Source of the DNA: Prevotella phage Lak-A1
Sequence record: MK250016.1
Reading direction: 5' to 3' (one strand)
DNA: 32,000 bases
Position 1 is the first letter of the stretch, and every line of letters begins with the position of its first letter. The notes under the pieces are model-generated. The model was not told the origin of the DNA and ran no database searches. It saw only the letters and a program-made list of their open reading frames with translations. The translations under genes were made by a program, and so were the position numbers. Positions 1-9,547 of this stretch are shown piece after piece.

Positions 1-413
1 CGGTGTTTACTTGTACCTGTATGATTTGCTTTAACTACAACTTCAATATTTGGTGCATCTTTAATTATACGAGCTAATACAAATTCATCGCCATAATCAA
101 GATATGCATGTTTAATACCATGTTCTTTAAGCAATTCACATAATACTTTACTTACATGTACACGAGGAATATTACTACCTTCTACTATACCTGTTCTATT
201 ATATGTAAATGAATAAATTGTAGGTTTAAAATAGATAATACAATATTCGTCATCTAATGCACGTATTTCTTTACTTTCACCTTCTACAACTAAAGGCATT
301 TTTCTAAATGTTTCAAAATCAATAGAAAATAAGTCTTTAATATTCCATTTAGGATATAATACTGTTTTACAATATTCTATTGATTTCAAATCTTCTTCTT
401 GTATCTTATTCAT
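1..413 (-). CDS. SAICAR synthetase (PurC)-like protein, N-terminal part (runs off window)
   Basis: Translated from 413 downward: MNKIQEEDLKSIEYCKTVLYPKW...PLVVEGESKEIRALDDEYC...NRTGIVEGSNIPRVHVSKILCELLKEHGIKHAY...NIEVVVKANHTGTSK. This resembles the PurC layout (EGKAKxIY ... Nxxx...Lxxx GIxTH ... PlEVVvRN..aGS). Not in the ORF track because it is truncated by the window edge. Confidence 0.55.
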   Translation of the reverse strand, partial: MNKIQEEDLKSIEYCKTVLYPKWNIKDLFSIDFETFRKMPLVVEGESKEIRALDDEYCIIYFKPTIYSFTYNRTGIVEGSNIPRVHVSKVLCELLKEHGIKHAYLDYGDEFVLARIIKDAPNIEVVVKANHTGTSKH

Positions 414-419
414 AAATTA

Positions 420-911
420 TTACCAAGTTAAATTATTATCCTTAATATATTTCTCAACAACAGGAGGTACAAACTCTCCAATAGGAAGTTTATAATGTAC
501 TAACTCTCTTACAAATGTAGATGAAATATCAATATTATAAGGTTCACAAAAGCCCATTACCAACATTGTTTCTACACCTGCTAAATAATGATTAGTTGCA
601 GCCAAAGACTTTTCATATGTAAAATCTTCTGAATTTCTAATACCTCTAACAATATATGAAACATTATTTTTCTTACAATAATCAGAAATTAATGTATCAG
701 TCATATCAATTACTGTTACATTAGGATAATCCTTGAAAATTTCTTTAATTAACTTAATTCGCTCTGAACGTTTAATAAGCCCTTCACCTTTCTTTAAATT
801 TGTTGCTAATGCAATAATAAATTCATCACATAATTTATATGTCTGATCTACAATTGCCTTATGCCCATTTGTAAATGGATCAAATGATCCAGGAAATATA
901 AATTTCTTCAT
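420..911 (-). CDS. coaD: Phosphopantetheine adenylyltransferase / CoaD-like nucleotidyltransferase
   Basis: MKKFIFPGSFDPFTNGHKAIV (GxFDPxxxGH), YIVRGIRNSEDFTYE, SSTFVREL; full-length CoaD-like. Confidence 0.9.
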   Translation of the reverse strand: MKKFIFPGSFDPFTNGHKAIVDQTYKLCDEFIIALATNLKKGEGLIKRSERIKLIKEIFKDYPNVTVIDMTDTLISDYCKKNNVSYIVRGIRNSEDFTYEKSLAATNHYLAGVETMLVMGFCEPYNIDISSTFVRELVHYKLPIGEFVPPVVEKYIKDNNLTW

Positions 912-914
912 CTT

Positions 915-1565
915 TTAATTTTCAATATTTTGTGAAACCCAAAGTCCTAATTGCTTTAATGCTTGCTTTCGATGACTCTTCAAATTTTTTCTTGCTGAAT
1001 CTAATTCAGCATATGTTTTACCAAATGTATTATCTCCTACAAATATAGGATCATATCCAAATCCATTTGTACCTCTTAATTCATCTAATATATATCCATA
1101 TGAATATCCGCTAAACGTTTTTTCGATAATACCATTTTTTGCTATTACAAAACATACTTCAAAATATGCAGATCGTTCATTAAATGGAATCTTTTTGATA
1201 TATTGTAACAATTTCTCATTGTTAAGTCTATCATGTTCTGACTTATCTGTTGTAAACTCTTCATGCGGTACATTAGTAACATTTAATTCATTATCTATTG
1301 TAACTTCATGAAAACGAGCTGAATATGGTCCCGGTAAATTATTCAATCCAGGAACAACTAAACCACTATCTTCTGCAATAACATATGTATCAGGATATTC
1401 TTTACTATATGCAGTTGCTTTAAGTATAGCATTATCTTTAATTGTTTTACCGGTCTCTTGAACATCTAATGCATGTGGTTCAATTTCATATCCCAATGGA
1501 CTTAAAATTGATGCAATCTCTCTAATTTTACCAGGATTACTTGTACCTACAATAATTTTACTCAT
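915..1565 (-). CDS. rdgB: Non-canonical purine NTP pyrophosphatase (RdgB/HAM1/ITPase family)
   Basis: IIVGTSNPGKIREI, VIAEDSGLVVPGLNNLPGPYSARF, GFGYDPIFV, AELDSARKNLKSHRKQAL motifs. Confidence 0.9.
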   Translation of the reverse strand: MSKIIVGTSNPGKIREIASILSPLGYEIEPHALDVQETGKTIKDNAILKATAYSKEYPDTYVIAEDSGLVVPGLNNLPGPYSARFHEVTIDNELNVTNVPHEEFTTDKSEHDRLNNEKLLQYIKKIPFNERSAYFEVCFVIAKNGIIEKTFSGYSYGYILDELRGTNGFGYDPIFVGDNTFGKTYAELDSARKNLKSHRKQALKQLGLWVSQNIEN

Positions 1566-2026
1566 GATTTATTCATTATTTGTTTCTTAATAAAATCTCT
1601 TATAATTTCTATAATAGTTCCTGTACTATCATATGGTATTCTTGAAACTAAATATACATTACTATATTTTTTTTCTTTACAATGATTATATAGTAACATA
1701 AATGATTTTCTATAATACTCTAAATCTTCTAATGTATGAAATTCTTCATCTAATGAATCTCCTCTTTTTTGTATTCTTTGTTGACAATGTTCTGGAAAAT
1801 CATCTAAAATAATATATAAAGTATCATTATCAATATTATTATCGATGTAATCATACATTTTTTCTTCTGAATCTTTATTTAGTAATGTAGCTTTGCTGAA
1901 AATACCTCTATCTTTAAATATACAATTATTAAAAAATTGTTTAATAAGATTAATTATATAAGTTTTACCAGTACCATCATTACCGTCGAATTCAATATTA
2001 AACGTTAATTGTTTTTCTGTTTGCAT
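1562..2026 (-). CDS. Thymidylate kinase-like P-loop nucleotide kinase
   Basis: IEFDGNDGTGKTYIINLI Walker A plus DDFPEHCQQRIQKRG. Confidence 0.65.
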   Translation of the reverse strand: MQTEKQLTFNIEFDGNDGTGKTYIINLIKQFFNNCIFKDRGIFSKATLLNKDSEEKMYDYIDNNIDNDTLYIILDDFPEHCQQRIQKRGDSLDEEFHTLEDLEYYRKSFMLLYNHCKEKKYSNVYLVSRIPYDSTGTIIEIIRDFIKKQIMNKS

Positions 2027-2643
2027 AAATTATAAACTTTTTGTATATTTGTTGGTAACCAGCAATCCATTAAACTAGCATGCTCAAATATACATGTATC
2101 AGTATTAATAATATTACTTAGTATCTTTATGCCATTTGCTTTTAATGTTGCACCTGTTTCAACAACATCTATAATACAATCAGCACCAATATCGATATAT
2201 CCTTCTGTTGAACCTGATGTATTCAATGTATAATATGGACAATGCATTTTATTTGTAAAATAATGCTTTGCTATTGTTTCAAATTCAGTAGCACATATGA
2301 TAGGGTGTTTCAATGACGTTAATTCATCTAATGTCATTTTTGATGCTAAACATATTTGTACCTTATTTAAACCTGTATGTGATACTAATTCTAATTCATT
2401 TTCATACTCACTATTATTAACCATATCATAGCCACATATACCAAATTCACAAAACTTACTTGCAATTAATTCTGGTATTGCTTTTGGTTTAGCTATAAAT
2501 AATGCACAGTCATCTGACCAATCAGGAAAATAATATTTACGAGTATTTTCATCTGGCATATCAATATTACATTCATTAAATAATGATTTAACTCCTGTAT
2601 ATAATCTACCTTTTGGTACAACTAATATTGGTTTATTATTCAT
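2005..2643 (-). CDS. ATP phosphoribosyltransferase (HisG-like) catalytic domain
   Basis: VVPKGRLYTGVKSLFNECNID; FGICGYDMV; TLNTSGSTEGYIDIGADCIIDVVETGATLKANGIKIL resembles HisG (PKGRL..., G.aD.I.DiVeTG.TLk.NgL). Confidence 0.8.
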   Translation of the reverse strand: MNNKPILVVPKGRLYTGVKSLFNECNIDMPDENTRKYYFPDWSDDCALFIAKPKAIPELIASKFCEFGICGYDMVNNSEYENELELVSHTGLNKVQICLASKMTLDELTSLKHPIICATEFETIAKHYFTNKMHCPYYTLNTSGSTEGYIDIGADCIIDVVETGATLKANGIKILSNIINTDTCIFEHASLMDCWLPTNIQKVYNLCKQKNN

Positions 2644-3091
2644 AATTATTTTTCTTTAAAATTCTTAGATTATCTCTATCTTTTAAAATAAAATTTGTAA
2701 TCTCTTCAATTAAATATTTGTTATTAGTAGTCATATAGAAACATGTAGTTGAATCATCTCCTCTATGCTTATCCCAACCCTTTCTACCAAATTCAATTTT
2801 CAAATTATCTTTCTTAAATAAAAATCCAGGAAACCAATAATATACAAAACCTGAAAATGAATTTGTTTTCTTTACTTCACCATTAGTTAACAATGCTAAT
2901 TCATTTAAAAATTTTCTATATTGATAACCAAACATTCTCGCTGTATATGATGTAGTATTCCTAAAAATTAAATCATAATAATTTTCATGACCAGTTGCAT
3001 AAGATTTTCCTGATAAACTTACACATTCTATATGTTTCCCGAATATATTAATAATTTGCTTTACTATTTCATCTAATTCTGCATTTACCAT
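2636..3091 (-). CDS. Hypothetical protein
   Basis: ORF, overlaps upstream start by a few nt, operon-like spacing. Confidence 0.7.
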   Translation of the reverse strand: MVNAELDEIVKQIINIFGKHIECVSLSGKSYATGHENYYDLIFRNTTSYTARMFGYQYRKFLNELALLTNGEVKKTNSFSGFVYYWFPGFLFKKDNLKIEFGRKGWDKHRGDDSTTCFYMTTNNKYLIEEITNFILKDRDNLRILKKNNYE

Positions 3092-3093
3092 AA

Positions 3094-3777
3094 TTACTCT
3101 AATATTTTACATTCCTCTTCTGTATATCTCTTATGTAATTCAGTTAACCACCATTTTGTTTTAACTTTTACTTTAGGCATTCGTTGTCCCTTTAATAATG
3201 TTGATCGCCTAATTACTACACCTTCTTTTATATATGGATATTTACAATTAGTTTCAGTCCAATCATTATTTTGTATATCTTTAATAAAGTCATTAACTAA
3301 TGGTCCTGTATAAACTAATTGTGGTAATTCAATACCACAATCTTTAAATAAATCCATATAAATTTTTGGTTCAATATATCCTTTCTTTTTTATAAATACA
3401 TCAATTAATGCAAGATGCATATTATCTTTATCTTTTAATGAATGAAATCCTGCGAAACTATGTTCTCCATACCATTCAAAGAAAAATGTAATTTCATCAA
3501 CGCCAGAGAATACATCTTTCTTACCTCTATGTTGTTCAACAATATTAGATAATATAGTTTCATAATTATGTGATTTAAAATAACGTACAGCATCACCAAA
3601 TTGTTCAGATGACTCATCTACCATACATTTTCTTGAACCAAAATTTGTGAACATCTTTTTCTTAACAGAATATTTTGCACAGAAATTTTGTCCATCTAAT
3701 TTATTAAATGTCCATACTTGTTCACCTAGTAATTCAGTATTATATTTTATATTATCTATTGAATCGTAATGTTTCAT
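3094..3777 (-). CDS. RNA ligase / nucleotidyltransferase-superfamily ligase (Rnl2-like)
   Basis: Motif I KLDGQN, motif III/IIIa FFFEWYGEHS, motif IV EGVVIRR, motif V PKVKVKTKWW. Confidence 0.8.
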   Translation of the reverse strand: MKHYDSIDNIKYNTELLGEQVWTFNKLDGQNFCAKYSVKKKMFTNFGSRKCMVDESSEQFGDAVRYFKSHNYETILSNIVEQHRGKKDVFSGVDEITFFFEWYGEHSFAGFHSLKDKDNMHLALIDVFIKKKGYIEPKIYMDLFKDCGIELPQLVYTGPLVNDFIKDIQNNDWTETNCKYPYIKEGVVIRRSTLLKGQRMPKVKVKTKWWLTELHKRYTEEECKILE

Positions 3778-3796
3778 GTAATGTAATTATTTTAGT

Positions 3797-4000
3797 TTAA
3801 CTTATTTTAGCAGAAGCATTTTTACATATATCAATGTGTTCTCCTTTATTATCAGTTATTAAATTTAAAATGTTATTATCTGTTATTAAATTTAAAATAT
3901 ATGACCACATCTCTTTATCTTCTAACCCATCTGTAATTATATCTATATCATAATTATCTGGTAATTCAAACTGTAAATGAATATCTAACTTTCTTTTCAT
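3797..4000 (-). CDS. Small hypothetical protein
   Basis: ORF in colinear series. Confidence 0.5.
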   Translation of the reverse strand: MKRKLDIHLQFELPDNYDIDIITDGLEDKEMWSYILNLITDNNILNLITDNKGEHIDICKNASAKIS

Positions 4001-4013
4001 AATTAACTCATTA

Positions 4014-4592
4014 TTAAATATTATCTAATTTACTACAATTATATCCTTGATCGTATGATAATTTTAAAAGTTCTGTAACTAACTTAATATCTTTTGTATT
4101 AGAATCTCTATATTTCTTAATTATTTGTTCAATGAAATAATTTCGTTTATTTGTATATTCAAGTAATGTTTTTGCATCATCAATTACATCTTTTGTACTT
4201 TCTAACTGATTTTTATCTGTATAAACATTATTATACTCTTTACATTCTATAATACTACAATTTTCATCTTCATCTATATTATCAATATCATAATCTCCAA
4301 TTACTGGAACCTTATAACATGTATAAAATATAGTATGATTAAAAAGAGTTATTTCATACAAATATGAAATATCTCTTGCAACTTTATCATCTTCTTGTAT
4401 ATCATCATATGAATCAAGAATTTGTTTTGTTAATGATTCATAATCATATTCTTCTACATTTTTTGAATATTTTTCTAATACTGCTTTTAAATCATCACCA
4501 GTACCACTGTCTGGATAACCATCACAATGTCTATATAAAATATTGCGTCCTGCTATACCACTTTGAACTATAATATTACAACGTGTCGGCAT
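4014..4592 (-). CDS. Hypothetical phage protein (MPTRCNIIVQ...)
   Basis: ORF; good composition and spacing. Confidence 0.65.
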   Translation of the reverse strand: MPTRCNIIVQSGIAGRNILYRHCDGYPDSGTGDDLKAVLEKYSKNVEEYDYESLTKQILDSYDDIQEDDKVARDISYLYEITLFNHTIFYTCYKVPVIGDYDIDNIDEDENCSIIECKEYNNVYTDKNQLESTKDVIDDAKTLLEYTNKRNYFIEQIIKKYRDSNTKDIKLVTELLKLSYDQGYNCSKLDNI

Positions 4593-4694
4593 AATTTTAT
4601 AATACTTCTATTTTAATCTACTTGTTATATAACTTTTATTTTAAAATGTTTATAAAACAAATAAATAATAAAAATAAAATTTTAATTTTTTAAC

Positions 4695-5309
4695 ATGAAT
4701 AAAAAGGCATTATATGAAGCTATAATGAAAGATATTAGCAAAATTGTTAAGAAAAAAATTAACGAAAATATGGAAGAAAATACAATTAATATTCCATCTC
4801 AATATTATGATGAAGATGGCGATATTGATTTAAGTGATCTTTCGGCATTACCACAAAATATTATCAATGCATTGGCAAAGGATCTTCTTACAAATGGTGA
4901 TTTCCAAGAAGATGATAGAGATGATAATTGTCTCATGTGTAGTATATTACCATATATTGATTCAAAAAATGAAAATGCTACTATTTTAACACGTTCATTA
5001 GAAGATTATGATATGTGTTTATCATTCAATGTAGAAGTTGATTATGAAAATATTGATCATTCAGCATATCCATCAAATGATAGGGACGTACCTGATGATC
5101 CGGCATATAGAGAATGTATAGTTAACGATGTTATTATTTCTGGATTAATGCTAACAGACGGTGACCAAGAAATTATGATTAATGATCCAGATATTATTGA
5201 AAAGGTAAAGGATGAGACATTATCATCTAAAGTTATAGATAATTTCACTGTTGAATAGGAAGAAGAGTTTGATCCATATGATATGGATGATTATTATTAT
5301 GAAGAATAA
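4695..5309 (+). CDS. Acidic hypothetical protein; reads through in-frame TAG (5256-5258) to TAA at 5307-5309
   Basis: Track ORF ends at TAG. The same frame continues Q EEEFDPYDMDDYYYEE TAA, directly before a terminator hairpin. Only clear plus-strand gene. Confidence 0.75.
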
Positions 5310-5323
5310 TTATTAAAAATAAT

Positions 5324-5364
5324 AAAGGTTAATAAGCATAAACACTTATTAACCTTTAATTTTT
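5324..5364. terminator. Bidirectional intrinsic terminator-like hairpin
   Basis: aaaggttaataag (5324-5336) and cttattaaccttt (5345-5357), 13 bp perfect stem followed by T run, A-rich upstream. Confidence 0.8.
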
Positions 5365-5390
5365 TATATGATAATAAAAATGAAAAAATG

Positions 5391-5461
5391 TTGGGATAAC
5401 AGGATTCGAACCTATGATTACTGATCCAGAGTCAGTCGTATTACCACTATACTATATCCCA
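5391..5461 (-). tRNA. tRNA-Gln(CTG)
   Basis: TGGGATA/TATCCCA acceptor, anticodon loop CTCTGGA, T arm ATAGG-TTCGAAT-CCTGT. Confidence 0.9.
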
Positions 5462-5872
5462 ATAAAATCTATAAGCTTACTATACTATATTTATTATATA
5501 TCGTTTTGGCTTTATGAGTTAATAAGATTTATTATACCAAAAACATTATTTTCATAAACAACCACATTTATTATTTACCGGCATGTGTTTCATTCACCTA
5601 TTAATATATATGTAATATATTAATAACATCTGGTTACTCTTTATTACTAATAAACAATGTTCCTATTTTATCATCTTAATAGAAGTAAATATGAAATTAT
5701 TTTAATTATCTTCATATAATAATAAAACAGAAGATATTTTCAAATCATTAAAATAATCTATTTACTAATGTCAATTGCATTCTTTATTTGTGCACTATTT
5801 ATAATGCAATAATCTCTCATTAAGGAACGAACTTATAGACCACTACATCTTTAAATCTGTTGTGGATTTTTG

Positions 5873-5957
5873 CGGAGAGCAGTGGTCCCGACCCACATTC
5901 ACATACATGAACGAGCAATTTAGCAGATTGTCCCTAACCCCGTTAGGTTTACTCTCC
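5873..5957 (-). tRNA. tRNA-Ser(GCT), type II, with aberrant T loop
   Basis: GGAGAGU/GCUCUCC acceptor with G73, D arm CCU-AACGGGGUU-AGG, anticodon loop CUGCUAA, variable hairpin UUCAU-GUAU-GUGAA, T arm GUGG-GUCGGGA-CCAC (non-consensus T loop). Confidence 0.7.
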
Positions 5958-6038
5958 AAATTGATTAACAAATTATATCAATCAATTTTATTTACTATAT
6001 TTATAATGTATTATAATTAAAAAGTCTATTTTTTATTA

Positions 6039-6383
6039 CTAAAAGAACAAATAATATTTGTTATCTGTTGATTCTTGTTTATATTCACATTTATAACCAT
6101 ATGTATAAATAAGTATTGATATAAATTGTTGAATCCATTGTTTATAACAACTTTCTGCAGATTGACTATATTTCTTTGTTAACATAGCAATCATAGTTAA
6201 TTCTGATATAATACAATATGGACTTCCCATTGCTACTGCATTTCTAAGCTTTTTATTTACATAATCAACAACAACATCACCGTTCTTTAAAAATTCTTGA
6301 TTTGATTCATATGCAAGAGAATTACGTAATTCGTCTGCTTTTTTAATTATAATATCACATTTTTTTTGTTTAAACTTTATCAT
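6039..6383 (-). CDS. Hypothetical protein
   Basis: ORF; start overlaps upstream TGA stop (ATGA-type junction). Confidence 0.65.
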   Translation of the reverse strand: MIKFKQKKCDIIIKKADELRNSLAYESNQEFLKNGDVVVDYVNKKLRNAVAMGSPYCIISELTMIAMLTKKYSQSAESCYKQWIQQFISILIYTYGYKCEYKQESTDNKYYLFF

Positions 6384-6763
6384 TGAAAATTTTCATATTT
6401 ATCCTTTAATTGTTGAAGTCTTCTATAATTCGTATATAATACATTTGCATCACCACTAGTAGGATTATTCACCAATTTATAATAATCTAATTCTGCCTGT
6501 AAATATTCAGATTTTGCTATTTGATAATCTGCTTCTTTATAAGCATTGAATAAATCTGGTTCATATTGTTCAAGTGATTCACCATATTTTTCTTCTGTTA
6601 CATTATTAATTAATGAAACTCTCGAATCATTAAATATATGGTGTTGAAAATCTTCTGTTATATTTGAAGATTCTTTTTTTATTATTTCATCCTTTTTATT
6701 AATTACATATATAACATACTATTTAGATGAAAAAAGTAATTTAATTAATTTAAAAATGTTCAT
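6380..6763 (-). CDS. Hypothetical protein, one in-frame TAG, stops at TGA
   Basis: MNIFKLIKLLFSSK(TAG)YVIYVINKKDEIIKKESSNITEDFQHHIFNDSRVSLINNVTEEKYGESLEQYEPDLFNAYKEADYQIAKSEYLQAELDYYKLVNN...; 384 nt; TGA overlaps next ATG. Confidence 0.75.
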
Positions 6764-7121
6764 CTTCATTTAAAATAAATTTCGTACAATCTCGCGTTTT
6801 ATATAGAAATTCTTTTGCTGCTTCATATGATAAAAAATAATTTGAAACTAATTCTTTATCAATTCCAGTACATACTATCTGGTTATCAGTTTTCATTAAA
6901 AAATCGCGAAAAAATGGCAAAATACTGAAGTAATTCCAGTAAATTTTGTAATATTTTATATGTTTTCCTAAACCTATATCAAATTCATCAACATATTTAA
7001 TAGTATACTCAATTGGACCAAAAATATTAAATATTTTCTTAATTTGTATATCTCTATCATATGTTAATGATATTAGGTACATATAAAAAAATGTAAATAT
7101 TAATATATTTGTAATCATCAC
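6750..7121 (-). CDS. Hypothetical protein with N-terminal hydrophobic segment
   Basis: ORF MMITNILIFTFFYMYLISL... Confidence 0.6.
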   Translation of the reverse strand: MMITNILIFTFFYMYLISLTYDRDIQIKKIFNIFGPIEYTIKYVDEFDIGLGKHIKYYKIYWNYFSILPFFRDFLMKTDNQIVCTGIDKELVSNYFLSYEAAKEFLYKTRDCTKFILNEDEHF

Positions 7122-7264
7122 AATTCATTTTCTAAATTTTCTAATTTTATCTCTAACAACCTTATCCTGTTTTCTTGTGTTAAAATAATAGTTTTTAACT
7201 TATTAATAGAATCAATAATTTCATTTATCTTATCATATAATTGTTTTTCTTGCTCATTACTCAT
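7118..7264 (-). CDS. Small hypothetical protein (MSNEQEKQLYDKINEIIDSINKLK...)
   Basis: 49-codon frame ending in TGA overlapping the next gene's start. Confidence 0.55.
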   Translation of the reverse strand: MSNEQEKQLYDKINEIIDSINKLKTIILTQENRIRLLEIKLENLENEL

Positions 7265-7572
7265 ATTATTATCTTATCATTTAAAATATCATCAACTATA
7301 TTAACTAATATAGGACAAACACAATTATAATAATCAAAGTCTTTTTCAAAAGAAATATCATTATTAGAAAAATCCTTATATAATTGTAAAAGAATAAATG
7401 CAACATATTTATTAAATGGACGAACAGAGATATTATATGATGAAATATTACGTAATATTTCATATACACTTTCTGCATCCATATAAGTATCCAACTCTTT
7501 TACATATTTAACTATATTATTTTGAATCTGAATAATATAATTATTTATATTTGAATTATTTATAGTTATCAT
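7261..7572 (-). CDS. Hypothetical protein
   Basis: ORF in colinear series. Confidence 0.6.
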   Translation of the reverse strand: MITINNSNINNYIIQIQNNIVKYVKELDTYMDAESVYEILRNISSYNISVRPFNKYVAFILLQLYKDFSNNDISFEKDFDYYNCVCPILVNIVDDILNDKIII

Positions 7573-7577
7573 ATTTC

Positions 7578-7790
7578 TTACTCTTCAATAAATTTTTTAA
7601 TTGTTTTTGCCATATCAATAATTCTATCAAATTCATATCGGTCTCTATTAGCCTTCTCTGAATTTGCCCAATACATTGTATAAATCAATGCACGATCAGC
7701 TGCAGGTAACTTACCAAAGTTATCGTCATTGATTAATTCATCAAATTTATTGTTCTTAAACTTAATATTTTTAGTTTCATTTGTATTCAT
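7578..7790 (-). CDS. Small hypothetical protein
   Basis: ORF in colinear series. Confidence 0.6.
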   Translation of the reverse strand: MNTNETKNIKFKNNKFDELINDDNFGKLPAADRALIYTMYWANSEKANRDRYEFDRIIDMAKTIKKFIEE

Positions 7791-7812
7791 ATAATTTATA
7801 TATCAATTTATA

Positions 7813-8025
7813 TTATTTGTTTTCATTATTATTAATAACTTTAAACTTATCAGTATCAGGAATAATGGCTAAACCACCCCATGTTCCATGAAGCTGTCCA
7901 ATACTATCGATAAATTGAACAACACCTTCACGTCCAATATATGAGTTTACAACTGTATCATAACCACAATCATCAACCCATAAAATTTTAATAGTATCTC
8001 CTATCTTTACGTTTTCTTGTTCCAT
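7813..8025 (-). CDS. Small SH3-like/KOW-like hypothetical protein
   Basis: MEQENVKIGDTIKILWVDDCGYDTVVNSYIGREGVVQFIDS...GTWGGLAIIP. Confidence 0.6.
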   Translation of the reverse strand: MEQENVKIGDTIKILWVDDCGYDTVVNSYIGREGVVQFIDSIGQLHGTWGGLAIIPDTDKFKVINNNENK

Positions 8026-8107
8026 AACAAATCTTATTTAAACATTATATAACGAAGATACATATTTTATATTAAAAAAGAAAGGATACTAACTTAAATT
8101 AGTATCC

Positions 8108-8494
8108 TTAATATATTTTCCACTATTCAAAATGATTTCTTGTATCTAAATAAAATAAATTAGTTTCATTCTTATATGCTTCCTGTTCAAATGATATATT
8201 TCTATATGCTTTATGCGAAAATCTATCTTTTGTAAATAATACACGCCATAACCATTCAAAGAAATATATTATATAGAATATAATACCACCTATATACTAT
8301 TGAAGACACAATGGTAAAAAACATGCAAAATCTTTCATTTGTTCAGTATGTATAGACTCATGATTTAATATTTTTTCTTTATATCTAGGAATCTATAATT
8401 TATATGCATATTCTTTTCTGACAAATAATGTACCGAAAAGATTAATAGCAATAAAACCCTATACCGGTATAATACTATTATAAACAATTTTCAT
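8108..8494 (-). CDS. Putative membrane zincin-like protein (HExxH-type), four in-frame TAG codons
   Basis: Recoded translation MKIVYNSIIPVQGFIAINLFGTLFVRKEYAYKLQIPRYKEKILNHESIHTEQMKDF...YIGGIIFYIIYFFEWLWR...YRNISFEQEAYKNE...; 387 nt ending TAA. Absent from track. Confidence 0.75.
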
Positions 8495-8511
8495 TTTATT
8501 AAATTATCCTT

Positions 8512-9246
8512 TTAATTATTTATTACTTGTTCTGTTTTTAACTCAATAATTATATCTTCTTTTATAAATAAAACATTATTATCATCTATATTTAAATATT
8601 CAATATTTTTAATAGTATTCACAAAATTATGAACAAACGTATTTAATATAGATATATCTGTATCTTCTATTCTAAATAGAAATTTAGATAATTCTGGATA
8701 TGCTAATGATATTTCTTTCTTTGTAAAATATTCATCTCCATTTATTAAACCTAAACATTGTCCAGATTGAAATGCAATTAATTTTAATATATCTTCTTTT
8801 GACATATTATTATTTAATGTTGTGAAATCTATTGTTGTTAAATCAATATTTAATAATGTATTTAATCTACAATCAAAGTCACTACGTAATGCGAGTTTTA
8901 CTTCTGATCTATATTGAGATCTAGATAAATGAGATAAAATAGAACGTATAGAGCGTACTATCTTTAATGGTATATTGCGCTTTACATTTTTAGTAATTAA
9001 TAAAGGAGTATTCTGATGATGTAAAGAATATGTATTTTTAATGGCATTATTTAATTCATCTTTTGTTCCTTTATAACAATTAGAAATAATACCATCATCA
9101 ATAGTTATTAAATTTCTATTTTCATTTTTATCAGATGAACAAAATATCTTACATTCATTTAATGATGGTAATTTATCTACAATATATGCTATGTCTATAT
9201 CAGTTGAATCAGATGATCCATATATATAATTTCCATATATTTCCAT
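8512..9246 (-). CDS. Nucleotidyltransferase-fold-like protein
   Basis: GNYIYGSSDSTDIDIAYIV resembles the MNT/NTase GSxxxxxDiD motif. Confidence 0.5.
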   Translation of the reverse strand: MEIYGNYIYGSSDSTDIDIAYIVDKLPSLNECKIFCSSDKNENRNLITIDDGIISNCYKGTKDELNNAIKNTYSLHHQNTPLLITKNVKRNIPLKIVRSIRSILSHLSRSQYRSEVKLALRSDFDCRLNTLLNIDLTTIDFTTLNNNMSKEDILKLIAFQSGQCLGLINGDEYFTKKEISLAYPELSKFLFRIEDTDISILNTFVHNFVNTIKNIEYLNIDDNNVLFIKEDIIIELKTEQVINN

Positions 9247-9251
9247 TTTAA

Positions 9252-9518
9252 TTATTCTAAATTAATTTGCTTAAATATTAAATAATTCTCTAAATCTATA
9301 AGAGTCTGTAACGATTCATCAAAATATTGATGATCATAATTTTCATCATTTCTTGTATGCAAAACTATTAAAGCTTCATGAAATCTTGAATCCGGATATT
9401 TCTCAAAATACTTCTTCAAAATTTCCAAAATTTTCATATTACTTTCATAACGTTTACTTCTGTAATATTCAAACATCTTCTGCTCTGACTCATTTCTTTT
9501 TATATCATTCTCTACCAT
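9252..9518 (-). CDS. Hypothetical protein
   Basis: ORF. Confidence 0.6.
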   Translation of the reverse strand: MVENDIKRNESEQKMFEYYRSKRYESNMKILEILKKYFEKYPDSRFHEALIVLHTRNDENYDHQYFDESLQTLIDLENYLIFKQINLE

Positions 9519-9547
9519 AATTATAATTTATAAAATTAAATTATTAG

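Noticed and set aside
2653-5248. Small ORFs overlapping larger ones (3435-3617 minus, 4364-4573 plus, 5057-5248 minus; also 22653-22859, 22694-22888, 23350-23664, 24895-25092, 29477-29689, 29970-30248)
   Set aside because: They are embedded antisense or out of frame to well-supported genes, with low-complexity AT-driven composition.
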